A stretch of 64,000 nt of DNA, taken from NCBI GenBank assembly GCA_964270895.1, contig OZ185437.1. One strand, written 5' to 3'. The notes below the pieces were generated by a model, which made no database searches, had not been told where the DNA came from, and worked only from the letters and a program-made list of their open reading frames with translations. Both the position numbers and the translations under genes were made by a program. Source of the DNA: Podarcis filfolensis. Its lineage: Eukaryota. Shown here piece after piece: positions 38,701 through 52,263 of the stretch (position 1 is its first letter; every line of letters starts with the position of its first letter).

Positions 38701-39750
38701 AGTATTATGTTTCTGGACACAAGCCAAACATATCTACATATTGTATGAAGACTCTGAATGTTAAGATTGTTTTCTAAAAGTGCGGATTAGTAAATCAAAA
38801 CCTATACATGAAATATTTCTTAGAAGTTGTCATAGATACCTCAGTGTTTAACCAAAATTTGTCACACTCAGAGGTGGAAGGTGGGGACGACACAACCCAG
38901 GTACTTCACCCAAGCAAAACCCCACTTGTATCCAGCTCAGTGTTCTGGAGGCAATCTACTCTGCTTCCGACAGTAGGACTGATTTGCATATGTGCTAAAA
39001 GCAGTCCCATCCTTCTCTTTCTCTCAGTGACCACGACTACCTCTAGCTCCAGGTTAGACTAGGTAGGAAGAAAGGAAAACTGTCTAATTAAGGAAGGTGT
39101 GTTTGTCAGCTTCAGAACTGACATATTTTAATTTTTCTTTCACAAGGCCTACAGCCAACCTAGATATTTTGGGGCAGCCATGCATTGGACTTCTCCGTTC
39201 ACATGTAAAGTGGTGGGAAGTCTACCCTGTACACAAAGAAGTATATGAGGGAGGAAAGAGAACCCCAGCCCTCCATCTCCATACCTCACTATGTTCCACT
39301 GTTTTGAGAAGTTTCCCCTCACCAATAACAGACGAGCATAAAATTGGTTAAAGCAGTGGAATGCAGCAAGTATTTATTTAATAAATAAATCTAGTAGCGA
39401 GCGTGTCCCTTTCCCTACAGCCTCTTCTTCTTGCATATGTTTCCTATGCTTTTTATGTGAATGGAGCAGACATGCTGTAGAATCTCCACCTAGGTGTAGC
39501 TGTTATATGTCCCAACCTTTTCATCATGGTAAAGAGATTAGGAACCATCCTTATCCCCTTTGGTCACTATCTTGCCCCAGACTCCTAACCCAAAGACCCC
39601 ATTCCTTGTCCTGAATTCTCTGTGAACTGCAGAGTTCTTGGAGAACAAGAGAAATGGTTTTGCTGCCTCCATGATGGGCTTTTCTTGAAGCAGCCCAATG
39701 CAATGGCAAAGAAAACACCCTTTCTCTATGAGAGGAGAAACAGGGTGGTG

Positions 39751-39790
39751 TTTGTTTGTTTGTTTGTTTGTTTGTTTGTTTGTTTGTTTG
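39751..39790. repeat. microsatellite (TTTG)10
   Basis: Read directly. Confidence 0.97.
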
Positions 39791-40867
39791 TTTTGGGCCT
39801 TTTCTGCTTTCGCAGAAGGCAAAAAAGTGTCTTATTGTCTAGGGCAAAAAGCACAGCACAAATGCACAAAAAGCAACCCTTCCAAATTCTTTGTACAAGC
39901 TACAAGAAGTGTGAGGCAGGGAGTGTCATGACAACCACAAATCACACTTAGCTAAGCCAACTTTTGTTGGCTCTATGGACTTACAAGCAGAGCTTGAAAG
40001 CAGCTGAACCATTAACAATGAAAAGGGAATGGGGTTTGTTTCAGAAGGGGGAGAAGCCTTGAAAAGCTCTTGATGAAGGTTGTGGCATCTGCACAAGGCC
40101 TACTAAATTGGGAATTAATTGAAGCAAGCTAACAATTGATATCAGGCATTCTGAGAGAGTACATACATATGGACTATGTGTTAAAATTAGAAAACCATGC
40201 CATGTCTAGCTTGCAAAATGTAGCACTTGGATCCATTTTATACAATCATAATATATCTTAAATAATAAAATCAATCACTGTTTGTATACATAATAGTAAA
40301 TATTTCATTATGTGTCTAACAGCAAGCATGTGTGACTTCACTATATCAAGTAATGTAATGTTGAGGCTCAAGTATAGGTTTAGAAATCTCAGTCATCTAG
40401 TTTTCCTTTGTGCTAAGAAAATGGGGCAGGGGGAGGGTTAATGGCTGCAGTTGCATAAAATAAAATGATAATCTCTGGGGCGTCTCTATTTCAAAATGTT
40501 TATAGAATATATTTCCCCCCAAAGTACTGAAAACATACTCTTATCCTTTGCCTGTTTTCAAAAATACAAAAAGATCCCCTCCCGAGCCCCCCACAAGGAG
40601 CGGAACATGGTAGTATTTGATATCCTTTGTTTCCAAAGGTGGAATTATAGGCAGCTCAGAACTTTCCAGCAGTACCATTCAGGGAACCAATTACTGAGCT
40701 AATTAGGCTATCTGCTTTGCCACCAGAATTTTAATACTGTTATGGGCAATAATTTACTCAATTTCAGATTAGTTTTACAATGATACCAGTGAAAGAATTC
40801 AGTTATTTATTTCCCCTACATCTCATTTGCTTTGTTTATAGGCAATGAGCAGAATGGCCATTCACAG

Positions 40868-40959
40868 TACAATCCTTATGCATTTTTTCCCTCAGAAGCA
40901 AGTCCCAGGGCATTCCAGTGGGGCTTTACTTCCAGGAAAGAGTGTATAGAGTTGCAGCC
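40868..40959. mobile_element. short palindromic MITE-like repeat (possibly PIF/Harbinger)
   Basis: CAATCCTTATGC...GTATAGAGTTGCAGCC|TTA; same family as 13809-13894. Confidence 0.5.
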
Positions 40960-43220
40960 TTAGCTAATTTTGATCTGCTTAAAATGTACCACTGTTCCAA
41001 ACACAGATTCAAATTATCAAAGACAATAGTAAGGAAACATCTTGATTAAAATGCCTCCTCCCTACTGTGGTCTGGAAAGATGTGTAGTAACTGTATCTAT
41101 CTGTCCAGAAAGGCTTGTCCCTAGGGATTGAGTTAATGAGATCTTGGAAGTGCATTCAGTCTAGTAGATGTGAAAATCTTCCAACACTGTTCAGGTAGAA
41201 CAATTTTACTGACATACGATTCCACTCAGTATCTCATGCTTTATTACTTTTCAATGCAAAACTAGGAATCTAGCCAATTTTATATTGCTGAAATTGTTGT
41301 GCCTTCACCTAGAAAGCATTTAAACATCCCTCTGCTTCTGGAACAGAATGAAAGTAGTAACAATTACTGGATATTATTAGAATCTGGTATGATTCCTAGC
41401 AAACTAAAAACCAAGAGACCAAGGGCCTTTTTTATTTATTTATTACAGACCAGCAATTTTCTAAAAACCTGGACCGTGAGATGTGCCTAAATGTCACCTC
41501 CCATCCTCATTTAACATGACAGTGATGGTGGCTTAGCTGACTTGACTTTTGGCAAAGTAGCACCAGGGGCTGCCTCACTAGGTACCCCATTCTCAACTTT
41601 GAGCTCAACAGAAGATTACCGAGCCCCATAAAAATTCTGTAGATGTAAGATGTATAAAAATTGTTCACTGACTTTCTCATTCCATATAAGTGTTAAATAC
41701 TTGGCAAAAGCAGGTATGATTTTTGCAGTGTGGATATTAATTTTTTTCTTTATTTTTTTTAAATATCACAAGACCAGCCCTTTCCTTAAAAGCAGCCTTA
41801 ACAAAGAAGAAGGTTCCAAAGGGGTGATTGCTGCTAAATGCTGATTTTGTGGGTACTTTATCTGTACTTAAGTACCTTATCTGTACTTAAAAACAGCCAA
41901 AAAACAAGACAAATAAAATTACAAGATAATAAAATAGTAATCATAATAATCATTCAAAGCCTAAAAAAAATAATGTGTGACATAAAATATATTCTATAGT
42001 GAAATACAAGGTTCATATTTGTACCAAACATACCAAATCTTCATGAATGTTGCCAAATAAACTCCTATTTAATGGGAACGTGCCAACCATGAGATGGTTT
42101 GCTCATATAAACCAAATGGAACTCTAAGCAGAAGCAAAGTCAGAGGGTTCTGCAGCAGCCCTGGAGGCACATATTTTATGAGTTAGTTTTTCGGAAACAG
42201 CAATGAACATGACGTTTTTAAACCATAGATCCACAAAATAACAAGATGCATCCTTCCACCCTTGAGAGATCACTAGATGAGTGGCAACCAACTGATATAG
42301 AATTGAACGTTGAGAAGTAAGGTCAGCATTGGCATGAACAAAAATGGATAAAAGACATATCTTATCATCCAGAGTAGCCTATTTGCCAACAATTATACCA
42401 ATCTTCATTACAACTGGCTCCCAGAACATATGTACATATGCCAACATGTTCTTTGTACCTTGCAACCCTGCCGGCATAAGGGGAAACCAGATCTTACAAT
42501 ATGAGATAAAAGTGATGCAAAACCGGCAATGTGCATGAAACTATTTAGGTTTAAGTTATATGGATACTATCCTAGCATTAAATAAGAAGCAACTGGCAAA
42601 CGAAGGCTCTTAAAGGTGTTACATATTTTAAGGGGGTGTCTTTTAGTTCTTGACCAGTATTAGTCTGTGGTACATAATGGACATTTCTTATTTCAGGATG
42701 CTAAAACCCCATGTAACCTAATAGATATTCCTTATTTAAGAATGTAATCACTAGCTGAGATTCCCTGTTTTTAACATTTTAAACTTCATAGATACTCTTG
42801 TTTTTAACATTTTGCCCTCGCAGTCCTATTTTTAACAATGTGATAACAGTTACAAAAATCAGCAAAGTATTGCTGTCTTGGATCTCATCTGGACAAAGCT
42901 GTGCAGAGATAAAGCTGTTCAAAATATAGGTTTTGACTAAAAAATGTTTTATTTATTTCAGTAGAGAGGAGGTAATATTTTGCAAGTAACAGCCCTTCAG
43001 AGATATCCAAAGTAAGCACTTACAGATTCAAAGGAAGATAAATAATTGCAGTGGGAACAAATCAGTTCTATAAGCGCAGTTTCAATACCCTGAACCATGT
43101 AGATTAAATTTAAACAGTTGACTTGGGCAATTGTACCTGCAAGTTGTACAGCAGTGTTACTACAATATGTATTTGTTAAGGTATATATGTAGAGATAATA
43201 CTATCTGTCATTAGACAATA

Positions 43221-43444
43221 CAGTGGTACCTCGGTCTAAGAACAGTCCTGTTAACAAACACTTCGGGAAATGACCTCCGCAAAACCGGAAGTAGGTGTTC
43301 CGGCTAGCAAACTTTGCCCTGGGAGACGAACGGAATCCGAACGGAGGAGGCCCCATTAGGGAAAACGCGCCTACGTTTAAGAACAGTTTCGGCTTAAGAA
43401 CGGACCCCTGGAACTAATTATGTTTGTAAATGGAGGTACCACTG
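43221..43444 (+). mobile_element. Tigger-like MITE, family B-related
   Basis: TA|CAGTGGTACCTC...GAGGTACCACTG|TA, 224 bp; right half resembles 2807-3034. Confidence 0.88.
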
Positions 43445-43522
43445 TAGTAGCTAAAAAAGAGGAAATCTGAAGAAAGGAACAGAATATACAAATGGCTACA
43501 TGATTGACAATTCAAGGGGCCA

Positions 43523-43567
43523 TCTCTCTCTCTCGCGCGCGCGCGCTCTCACATACACACACACATA
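43523..43567. repeat. compound (CT)n(CG)6(CA)n microsatellite
   Basis: (CG)6 at 43534-43545 between CT and CA runs. Confidence 0.9.
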
Positions 43568-45518
43568 CTCCTGCACAAAGTTCCGTTGGCACTTTAAAGT
43601 TAGCCAGTGTAGTCACGTGATTAAAGAGTTACAGCAGAACTACAGAAATTCTCAAGGTTTTCATTATACTTTTTCATTGGGAGCCTTTATGGGGGTGGGA
43701 ATCACTTGTCAACCAAACACAAGACACTGGGAACATACAAGAAGAAAAAAATAGTGTAAGAGCAATCCTTTGGACAGCAGGGTATGTGGCTACAGATCTG
43801 AGTCAGAATCACCATACATTGTGTGTTTTTAGATATCTTGCAGTATTTAAATTATAAACAGATGTCTGTGGAAAGATGTCTGGCCTTCTCTTTCTCACAT
43901 GCAATGTATTAATCACTTTGCTCTAAAATAAACGACAAAGATAACATCTTGCTGAGTCCTTTGTATTCAGCCAATTACGTCCCCCCCCCCCACTTCTGTA
44001 TTATTCTGGGGTCAGTTCTAACCAGGAATAAAAACAAAAGAAAATTTCAATGAACTCCTTTTTGCACCTATTTCACTTCCTCATGTTTGAGGAGAAGATG
44101 CAAGTTATAATCAAAGCAGCCTCCGGGACATCTTGGTTCAGTTTCTGTGCTACTTGTCAGGTAGGAAGGGAGCAGTTGTTAGAACAAACTGAAACATTAA
44201 AGACCACAACATAGCAGACATGCTTACTGTTCCAAAATCTTCCACTCTCTAGGGAAGAAAAAACTTCACACTGAGATTGTGTATATAAATCTTCAGTGAC
44301 ATCTAAAGCCTTCATCTAAAGGCTCAGGGATCATACTGAGTTAAGCGGAAAAATACAGCCGTGTTGTCATTCTATCATTATATTCAGTACCTAACTCTGA
44401 ATTCATTATTGTTCCTATTCATGATTTACAACAGATCAGAATACAAAAAGACAGAAAATGGACCCGTGATTATTATTTTATATGAAGTTTTATTCTTTGG
44501 AAGAAAGCGACTCCAAATGTACCTATACAAGTGAGAGGAGATCTCCAGGGCCTCGCCAATTCAAATCTAATTCATTTAAAAAATGGATTGAGTTTAGATG
44601 AACTCCACTAGACATCCACTAGGCTATTTTTCCACTGGATCACTTCTAAGCAGAACATAGCGCAGGAGAGGGTCTGCCTATTACTATCAATAACAAGAGC
44701 AAACACATTTTCCATTGTCCCAACTATATGTGTACATATACAGATAAGACACAAAATACATGCACAACATTATTCAATCAGCAAATAGCCAAAAATCTCT
44801 GACACCATAGAAGTTCTATATATACTGCACCACTCCCAATATATCACAGTTCTACTAACTCCTTAAGAAGGGATTGAACAGCTAAATGTAAGCACATATT
44901 TTCCTCATGAACACTACAGCATTACAACATCCCCCCCACATAAAAGTGGCAGTATTTAACAACTTAAAAGGCATGCTTTTCTTAGGATGAATCTTCCACT
45001 CAAACAAAAAACCTGAACAAAAGCCCACACCCTTCAAATGTTTTTAAACAGTTTTTGTTTTTTGTTGCAGATTAAGCTATGGCAGCACCCATTTAAAATT
45101 AAAGCTAGTCATTGCAGTTTTCTTTGGAGCACAGGCTATGTTCAGTTTCATCATTCCATGTGTTCTGTGAAATACAGTTATTTGACACAGCCTCTGTTGC
45201 TTTACTTAAATCATCTGCCAACAAGTCTCAACTGAACAAACATATCAACTGAGAGAGTAACCTTTTCAACTATTTTAGCCAAACGCTTATTAACCCCATG
45301 GTGCCAGTGATTAGTGCCTTTCCGAGCACCCACAGCTCTTATTAGCACATGGAATGGAAAATCTTTGCATTTTGCACTAAGCAAGGCTAATTCAACACAA
45401 TCAATTTAGAATTCACCCTGAAGACAGTTGAATTCTTGGTTACTCACTATTGCTTATCACGTGAAATGTGGCTAATCAGTAACACCAATTAGATGTCTGC
45501 ATTGACTCAACAAGTATC

Positions 45519-45781
45519 TTTTTATTATTATTATTAGATTTATATGCTGCCCTTCATCATAAGATCTCAGGGCAGTTCACAGAATAAAATACAGGCTAAA
45601 AACACGTAAGTAAGTAAAACAAAACAACAAAACAATAATGCCCCCCCCCCATCCACAGACACATTTAAAAGGCTGTAGAAAAGGCCTGGTTGAAGAAGAA
45701 TGTTTTCTCCTGGTGCCTAAAAATATATAATGAAGGCACCAGGTGAACCTTGCTCGAAATAGAATTCCACAAACAGGGAAC
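45519..45781 (-). mobile_element. LINE (L2-like) 3' end fragment
   Basis: (TAT)n tail, ATATGCTGCCCTTCATC...TCAGGGCAG hairpin end and AAAGGCCTGG...GGTGCCTAAA...GGCACCAGG segment; recognised from memory, subfamily not confirmed. Confidence 0.6.
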
Positions 45782-47337
45782 AAGTTGACTCTTATCACAG
45801 ATGAACAGCCTGTCCTGGATGTGCAAACTGCCAAATCATCCACATTGTACAGTAACCATTATCTTCTAACCATTAAACTGGTGGACTGTGGAACCATTTA
45901 CTTTCTGCCTCTGTTCCCTACTTACAGAGCAACAGCCTTTGCACAAAGGAAAAGCTGCTGAAACACACCATGCACCATAGCCTCCAGTAGAAAAAAATAT
46001 AAGGGAAGAACTTGTCAGTACAGATGACCAAGCTACCATATGGTTAATGTGGGTAAGTTTGCTTGTTTATCTAATACATTCGGCATGTAGGGTTGTCATA
46101 TGTCCTCTTTTTCATGGGTAGAGTCATCAAAGTGATCCATAGTTACAAGTAGAATGTGTTTTGCTTTTCAAAATATGGTAACCTGAAGTAATTTGAATGA
46201 TTGTGCCTGGTTTGTCTTATTTTGTGGTTGCTGTAGTTCACCCCTAGTTAATGATTTGTTTTATTGCTATGTGGTGAAGACTTATTTCAAAATAATTTTT
46301 TCAGTATAAATATACATACACATACATATACACACACAAAGAGAGAGAGAGAGGTTGTTCACATGTAACACTAGGTCAAACCATGGCTTACCATGAATGT
46401 GTGCACATTCAGGGTGCTAAAGAGATGATTGTGACAGCTTTTCTCTTTCTCCACTCATGGGTGTCCACGGGGGAGAATCTGAAACCTATTTATTTCAACG
46501 TACACAAACCGATGCACATCCAGCCAGTCAACAAGAGGCTTAGAGTGATCTCTGAGACTACTTCTATTGAGAGTGCCTGCACTTTCCTGGAGGAAAGCCT
46601 TTCTGGGCCAGTGGGCAGCTCAGAATTATGCTGCTTATTCTGATCTAATTATTATGCTTCTGCAAATGTTACATGATTTCGAAACCCTAAAAATACACTG
46701 ATAATATAAACAAAAGAGTTGTAGTGCCTTTTTGTGATCAGGTGAGCAGCTTGCGGGTACTGCTGAACCCAACCCTTTCTGAGGGCCAAGGGGGAGGCCA
46801 ATAACAGAAACCAAAAGTAATCCAGCAGAACAGAAACCAGAAGGGCCAAGAAGGTTCTCAGGGAATATGTAACAAAAAACATTTTCTTGGGAAACAGAAA
46901 CTTAGTGCTACTTTTTCGATTGGTTGAAGGTTGCCACATTTTCATCGACGGAAAAGACCTAGCGCACCAGAGGTAGAAAACTATACCACTTGGCAAGTAA
47001 GGCATCTGTACTGAGATCAAGTTTTGTAAAATAGGAGGTAGACACTGGAACACAAACTGCCTCCACTGTTCCCCACTCCTCTCACTTATAAGGCTCACCA
47101 CATTCCAGCATTACATCTGTACCCTTTATAGCCACATAACACATTACCCAATGAAACAGCAGGTAGATTCACATCATACATTTAAAACACATGACTTTCT
47201 CCCTAACACACCTGGGGACTGTAGTATTCCCCTCACAGAGCTACAATTTCCACCTCCTTTACAAAACTACAGTACCCAGGATTCTGTGGGGATAGTCATG
47301 TGCTTTGAATGTGTTTTAAATGTATGCTTTTAACCCT

Positions 47338-47412
47338 TGTTGTTTAGTCGTTTAGTCGTGTCCGACTCTTCGTGACCCCATGGACCAGAGCACGCCAGGC
47401 ACTTCTGTCTTC
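47338..47412 (-). mobile_element. BovB (RTE) LINE 3' end, 75 bp
   Basis: Reverse complement reads ...GTCCATGGGGTCACGAAGAGTCGGACACGACTAAACGACTAAACAACA; perfect 12-bp TSD GCTTTTAACCCT at 47326-47337 and 47413-47424. Confidence 0.9.
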
Positions 47413-47476
47413 GCTTTTAACCCTAATCCTTGGTAAAGATGGGAACCTGGGTTCATGTCAGTGTGGATAGTTAAGT

Positions 47477-47494
47477 TAAGGTCAGTTAAGGTCA
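47477..47494. promoter_or_regulatory. perfect DR4 motif AGGTCA-GTTA-AGGTCA (candidate TR/LXR response element)
   Basis: TAAGGTCA GT TAAGGTCA read directly; two more half-sites at 47502-47520. Function untested. Confidence 0.4.
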
Positions 47495-49982
47495 ACACAG
47501 TTAAGGTACAGTTAAGGTCAACACATTTAACATATGCCGTAACATGGTGAAAATGAGAAGAAGCATGTTCTTGAACTGGGTACCAATCAGAAAACCAGGT
47601 ATCTGGAATCCAGCCTTGCTTGTGCACCAGTCAGAGGTAGATGTAGGTAGGAACGGTTGCTCGTCTCCTCTTAATATTTCCAACCTCATTGGAGTTAGCT
47701 AAGTTATTACAAAGACTTGACATGGAATGAAACAAATTAAATAAAGCCGCTTCCCTCATTGGTCATTTCCTGAGCCTATAATGTAAATAGCAATCATGTT
47801 TCAAACTTAATTGACTAAGGTTAAGTGAAAGCCACCATTTGTCCCTTCCAAATATCACCTCGCAAATGAAAGGGCAAGTTATAGGTTATGTATAAAGTCA
47901 CTATTGCAGAATTTAAGTTGAAAGTAAAGTTGATTTAGGACACACACTGGCTGATTTATATGTTTCTCTTTTACATTAGACATTGGTGAATGCTCATGGA
48001 AAAAAATTAATTTGAAAGCCAAAATAAAGTTCACCCTTGGAAATCACAACATGATTTTGGGAAAAGCTGTTTCTCATACCTACAAGGTTCATTAGAAACT
48101 TTATATATATGATTAAATATGCTTGCTGTTCTGTGTTGTTGTCATTAAGAAAATACAGCTAATCAGTCTTAAGATAAACTGGTTACCATGAAAAAAGAAA
48201 ACTATTCAGTGCACAATAGTATTCAGTAAAAGGTATTCAGTGCGCAATAAGGCTTTGATCTTGAATTGGGCTTTCAGATTATGCTGATTTATTATAATAC
48301 TGGAGCCAAATTAAAGGAAAATATTTAACTTCATGAAGTAAAATGTTATTTGTTTGTTTGTTATTTGTCTCTTTTGGCAAAGCCCTGAATTTGTAGCCTA
48401 TCACTTCTGTAGAATGTCAAAGTTAGAATATTACCAAAGCCTATATTTTTTCTGGCATTTGGATTATTTGATTACAAGTGTTCAAGTATTTAAGCAGCAC
48501 ACTTTCCACTGGAATGATCTTGGAAAGCTCAAATAAAGATCAATCCTATGCAGAACTGGTAGGGAACTGAGAAGGAAAGGAACAATGGCAGACATGCTTG
48601 AGCCATTGCACAACTTATTTGGTCCTTCTTGCTTTCCGATCAGATGGTTCCCTAGAAGCAGACCAAGTCTAGGTAGTATTATTCTAGTAGTTGAAGTACT
48701 ACTCTACATAGGCACAACAAGTCCCTGTGTCAGTGCGGTGATTGGTCTAAATGGAATCTTGGAAGACCCACAATTATGACTCTGTATTATGTTAAGATGA
48801 ATTGCCTTTTGCTTTCTGAGCTTCAAGTTCCATGTAAAAGATTTGACCAACTTGCATCACTGGGTGAAAATAGATTGGCAAGGTATGCCATAAAAACCCT
48901 TAGTAGCTTAATGGAATGACATAGTTACCCTGCTAGAACAGAACATTAATTAAAATACGAAATGGGCATTCCAATACAAGATATCTCAACTGGTTTCTCA
49001 TGAGATCTGTATACTAAACAAAAATGAGCATGTGAAGGCACCTATGCATTTGTGTTCTGGTACAAAGGTCCGGATTCAATGTTCCCTGACTACCAGTTTG
49101 AAGTTGAGAACGGTAGCCGCGCAATATGAAATTCAGCACAACACTTGGCACTGGCAGAAATTTACTGCAACAGGAAGCATCCAAATTACAGCAATGTGTT
49201 GCGCAACCACAAGAACCATGCAGGGGTCCTGCCCTTTTGTTGCATAAGCCATTCTGCTAGTGCAACTTGTACACTGCTAAGGGGCTTCAACTTTGTGAGA
49301 TGTTGAATTCCTCCCAAAATATTGTAAAGTTCAACTTACCACTGACTCCAGGCTAATGCCTACTGTCCCCTGCGTCTAGTAAGCCAGGAAGTCAGTTTAG
49401 GATTTTTGACATAATGTCGGGATGTTAGCTAATTGCAAAATGCAAGCAGCTGGATCATATTTTTAAATCTGATTTGGAAAATATAGCAAACCAGCTGCAC
49501 TTGGTAAATTTAGTCTGCAAATACTGTCCTTTAAAAATATTTTCCATCCATAATTTACAGCTTCTGTGGTCTCTTGGCAAGCGCTTTAAAAAAAAAAGTC
49601 CAATGCTGAGTAGTCAGTTTGGCTTCAGCCCAGAAGATGCTAACCCTTTACCAGTATGATGACTGGAGTATTGCTCGGTAAAATAAGTTGGGAACTTTCA
49701 AACACTGCAGTGAAAAAGTATCCTTGAGTCTTTTTATACAGCAAAAATAGCAATGTCAGCAAGTGCTGTGTCCCCTTCCTTCCAATCTCACCCTGATAAT
49801 CATTCTGCAGTGCTATCAAGGCCTGCCTGACCCTATAAAATTACTTAATATAGGAGAAAGCACCTTTTTCTTGATTCATGTATCATTTTCTTTTTGTCAT
49901 CCATATAAACAGTCTTACATAAAATATTAATACAAGGAGAAAAGAAACAGTGAACATGATAATTAAATAGAATACACTAAAG

Positions 49983-50232
49983 CATGGGTAGGCAAACTAA
50001 GGCTCGGGGGCCGGATCCAGCCCAATCGCCTTCTAAATCTGGCCCATGGACGGTCTGGGAATCAGCGTGCTTTTACATAAGTAGAATGTGTCCTTTTATT
50101 TAAAATGCATCTCTGGGTTATTTGTGGGGCATAGGAATTCATTCAATTTTTTCCCCAAAATATAGTCCAGCCCCCCACAAGGTCTGAGGGACAGTGGACC
50201 AGCCTCCTGCTGAAAAAGTTTGCTGACCCCTG
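49983..50232 (-). mobile_element. hAT (Charlie-like) MITE, inverted copy
   Basis: CATGGGTAGGCAAACT...AGTTTGCTGACCCCTG with 8-bp TSD CACTAAAG/CATTAAAG (7/8). Confidence 0.88.
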
Positions 50233-50844
50233 CATTAAAGCTACAACAAACAACATTCAGTGTACTAGTAATATAAGAAATGCAATCTAAAATGACTATA
50301 GCACCACCATAGTAGGATATATAGTAGGATAGCAAATTTCTTATGCTTTAACTTCAAAAGACCACCACAAAATATGCCATCACTAATTTCATAGAATAGG
50401 AACACACTTTGTCATGTATTCTGTCATTCCATTAACCCTTAATTGCTCATTAAATATATTCCCATGCTATCTCCTTTCTCTAGCATGTTTACGAGTTTAA
50501 CTAAGTAGACCATATTTGTATTTTAAAATAATTGTATGCTGTATTGGAGAAACTAGCTAGTATTAAAAGATGGAATATAATAAAAAAATAAAATAACAAT
50601 AAAAGGGAACACAAAATACTGCCATGAAAAGGCTACTGGAAGCAGCAAATGTCAAAGGACAAGACCAGCTCCATAAACATTGATTTTCACTATACAACTA
50701 AGAAAAAGATGGATTTTCTATACAGCTGGAAGTGCAAGAGAAGATGAAAGTAATAATTGGCAGGGCATGAGTTTAATGCATGCTTTTATTTCAGGACTCT
50801 TACAACCATGTACATATGGTGAAATTTGGTGTTAGTGATGAGGT

Positions 50845-51072
50845 CAGGGGTTGCCAACACAATGCCTGCAGGCGCACCTGCACCTGCAGAGGCCTTCCCT
50901 AACACTTGCAGGCTTTCCTTCTCCTGCTGAAATTCGGCTTGAAAGAAGCATTGTTTTGTAGCCAACAGAACAGGCTGCAGTGTGTGCTAGATTGCATTGT
51001 TTATATGGTGCCCATGACCCTTTCTGCAGTTCGCAAATGTGCCCATGGATCTAAAAAGGCTGGTGACCCCTG
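50845..51072. mobile_element. older hAT-like MITE
   Basis: Ends CAGGGGTTGCCAAC...GCTGGTGACCCCTG are imperfect TIRs of hAT type; no TSD recognisable. Confidence 0.55.
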
Positions 51073-51707
51073 GCCTAAGTTCTTCTCAAAGTATGAACTG
51101 GGATGCTCTGGGAGGGGAGTTGCAAGTGCTGGGTCACTAGGTGTAATTTATTGTTGGTGGAAGATGAGCAGTGGGCAGAGATCCTTGTAAATTTTCCACA
51201 TCAGGACTTAAAGAGAAGTTGTTGAGAGTGAAAGCAGCCCAAAGAAACAACTGAATTTGTCGGTATCTCTTTCTTTTTTCAAATTGTAGCTTTCATACAA
51301 ATTGCATTGTATAATTTTTTTTTAAGCCTTTAAAATAATGGAATTACAACTTTATTTTTCAGAATATAAGTAATAAAGAATGAGCTTTGGCAGTTTTCTT
51401 ATGCAAGTTATTATAACTGACTTAGACAAAAAAAAAGGAATGTTATGATCACAGACACAGCAATTATAATGTAAAGAAGCAGTTTAAATTGGATAGGACT
51501 CTTCAATTCGTTTCTAAAAAGAATATTTTGGCTTTTCCAGATGGATTTGCTTTGCGAAGTATTTCCAGATGTCCTCTACTCTTAATTTCTTAACTTGCTT
51601 TCTTATTAAAATCTGTATAGATCAAACCCTATATATATTTACTCGTTTTTCCAGTTGCTACTCAAAGTATGATAAAACTGGCAATAGGGAAAGGCTACTA
51701 ACTTGCT

Positions 51708-51813
51708 TCTGACTAAACTGCGGGAGGCAGTGGAAGACAGAAGTGCCTGGCGTGCTCTGGTCCATGGGGTCACGAAGAGTCGGACACGACTAAACGACTA
51801 AACAACAACAACA
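51708..51813 (+). mobile_element. BovB (RTE) LINE 3' end, 106 bp
   Basis: Same tail ending in (AAC)n; 11-bp TSD ACTAACTTGCT at 51697-51707 and 51814-51824. Confidence 0.9.
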
Positions 51814-51927
51814 ACTAACTTGCTGATCAGTTACCTTTACTAACGTTGAAGTTATCCATCAGTGATAAAACAAGTACAGGCAGTTAAGTGAGATTTCTGT
51901 TGTTATTACCAAAATATACTAACTTAA

Positions 51928-52263
51928 AAAGGTAAAGGGACCCCTGACCATTAGGTCCAGTCGTGGCCAACTCTGGGGTTGTGGCTTTCATCTCGCTTTA
52001 TTGGCCGAGGGAGCTGGCGTACAGCTTCCGGGTCATGTGGCCAGCATAACTAAGCCACTTCTGGCAAACCAGAGCAGCACACGGAAACGCCATTTACCTT
52101 CCCGCCAGAGCAGTACCTATTTATCTACTTGCACTTTGACGTGCTTTCGAACTGCTAGGTTGGCAGGAGCAGGGACCGAGCAACGGGAGCTCACCGCGTC
52201 GCGGGGATTCGAACTGCCAACCTTCTGATCGGCAAGTCCTAGGCTCTGTGGTTTAACCCACAG
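51928..52263 (-). mobile_element. Sauria SINE, near full length, young
   Basis: AAAGGTAAAGGGACCCCTGACCATTAGGTCCAGTCG... through B-box-like GGATTCGAAC; many intact CpGs; aligns with 25003-25371; no clear TSD. Confidence 0.9.

Noticed and set aside
46652-47101. 149-aa ORF on -
   Set aside because: No recognisable domain, non-ATG start in the track, no splice support; within chance for 64 kb.
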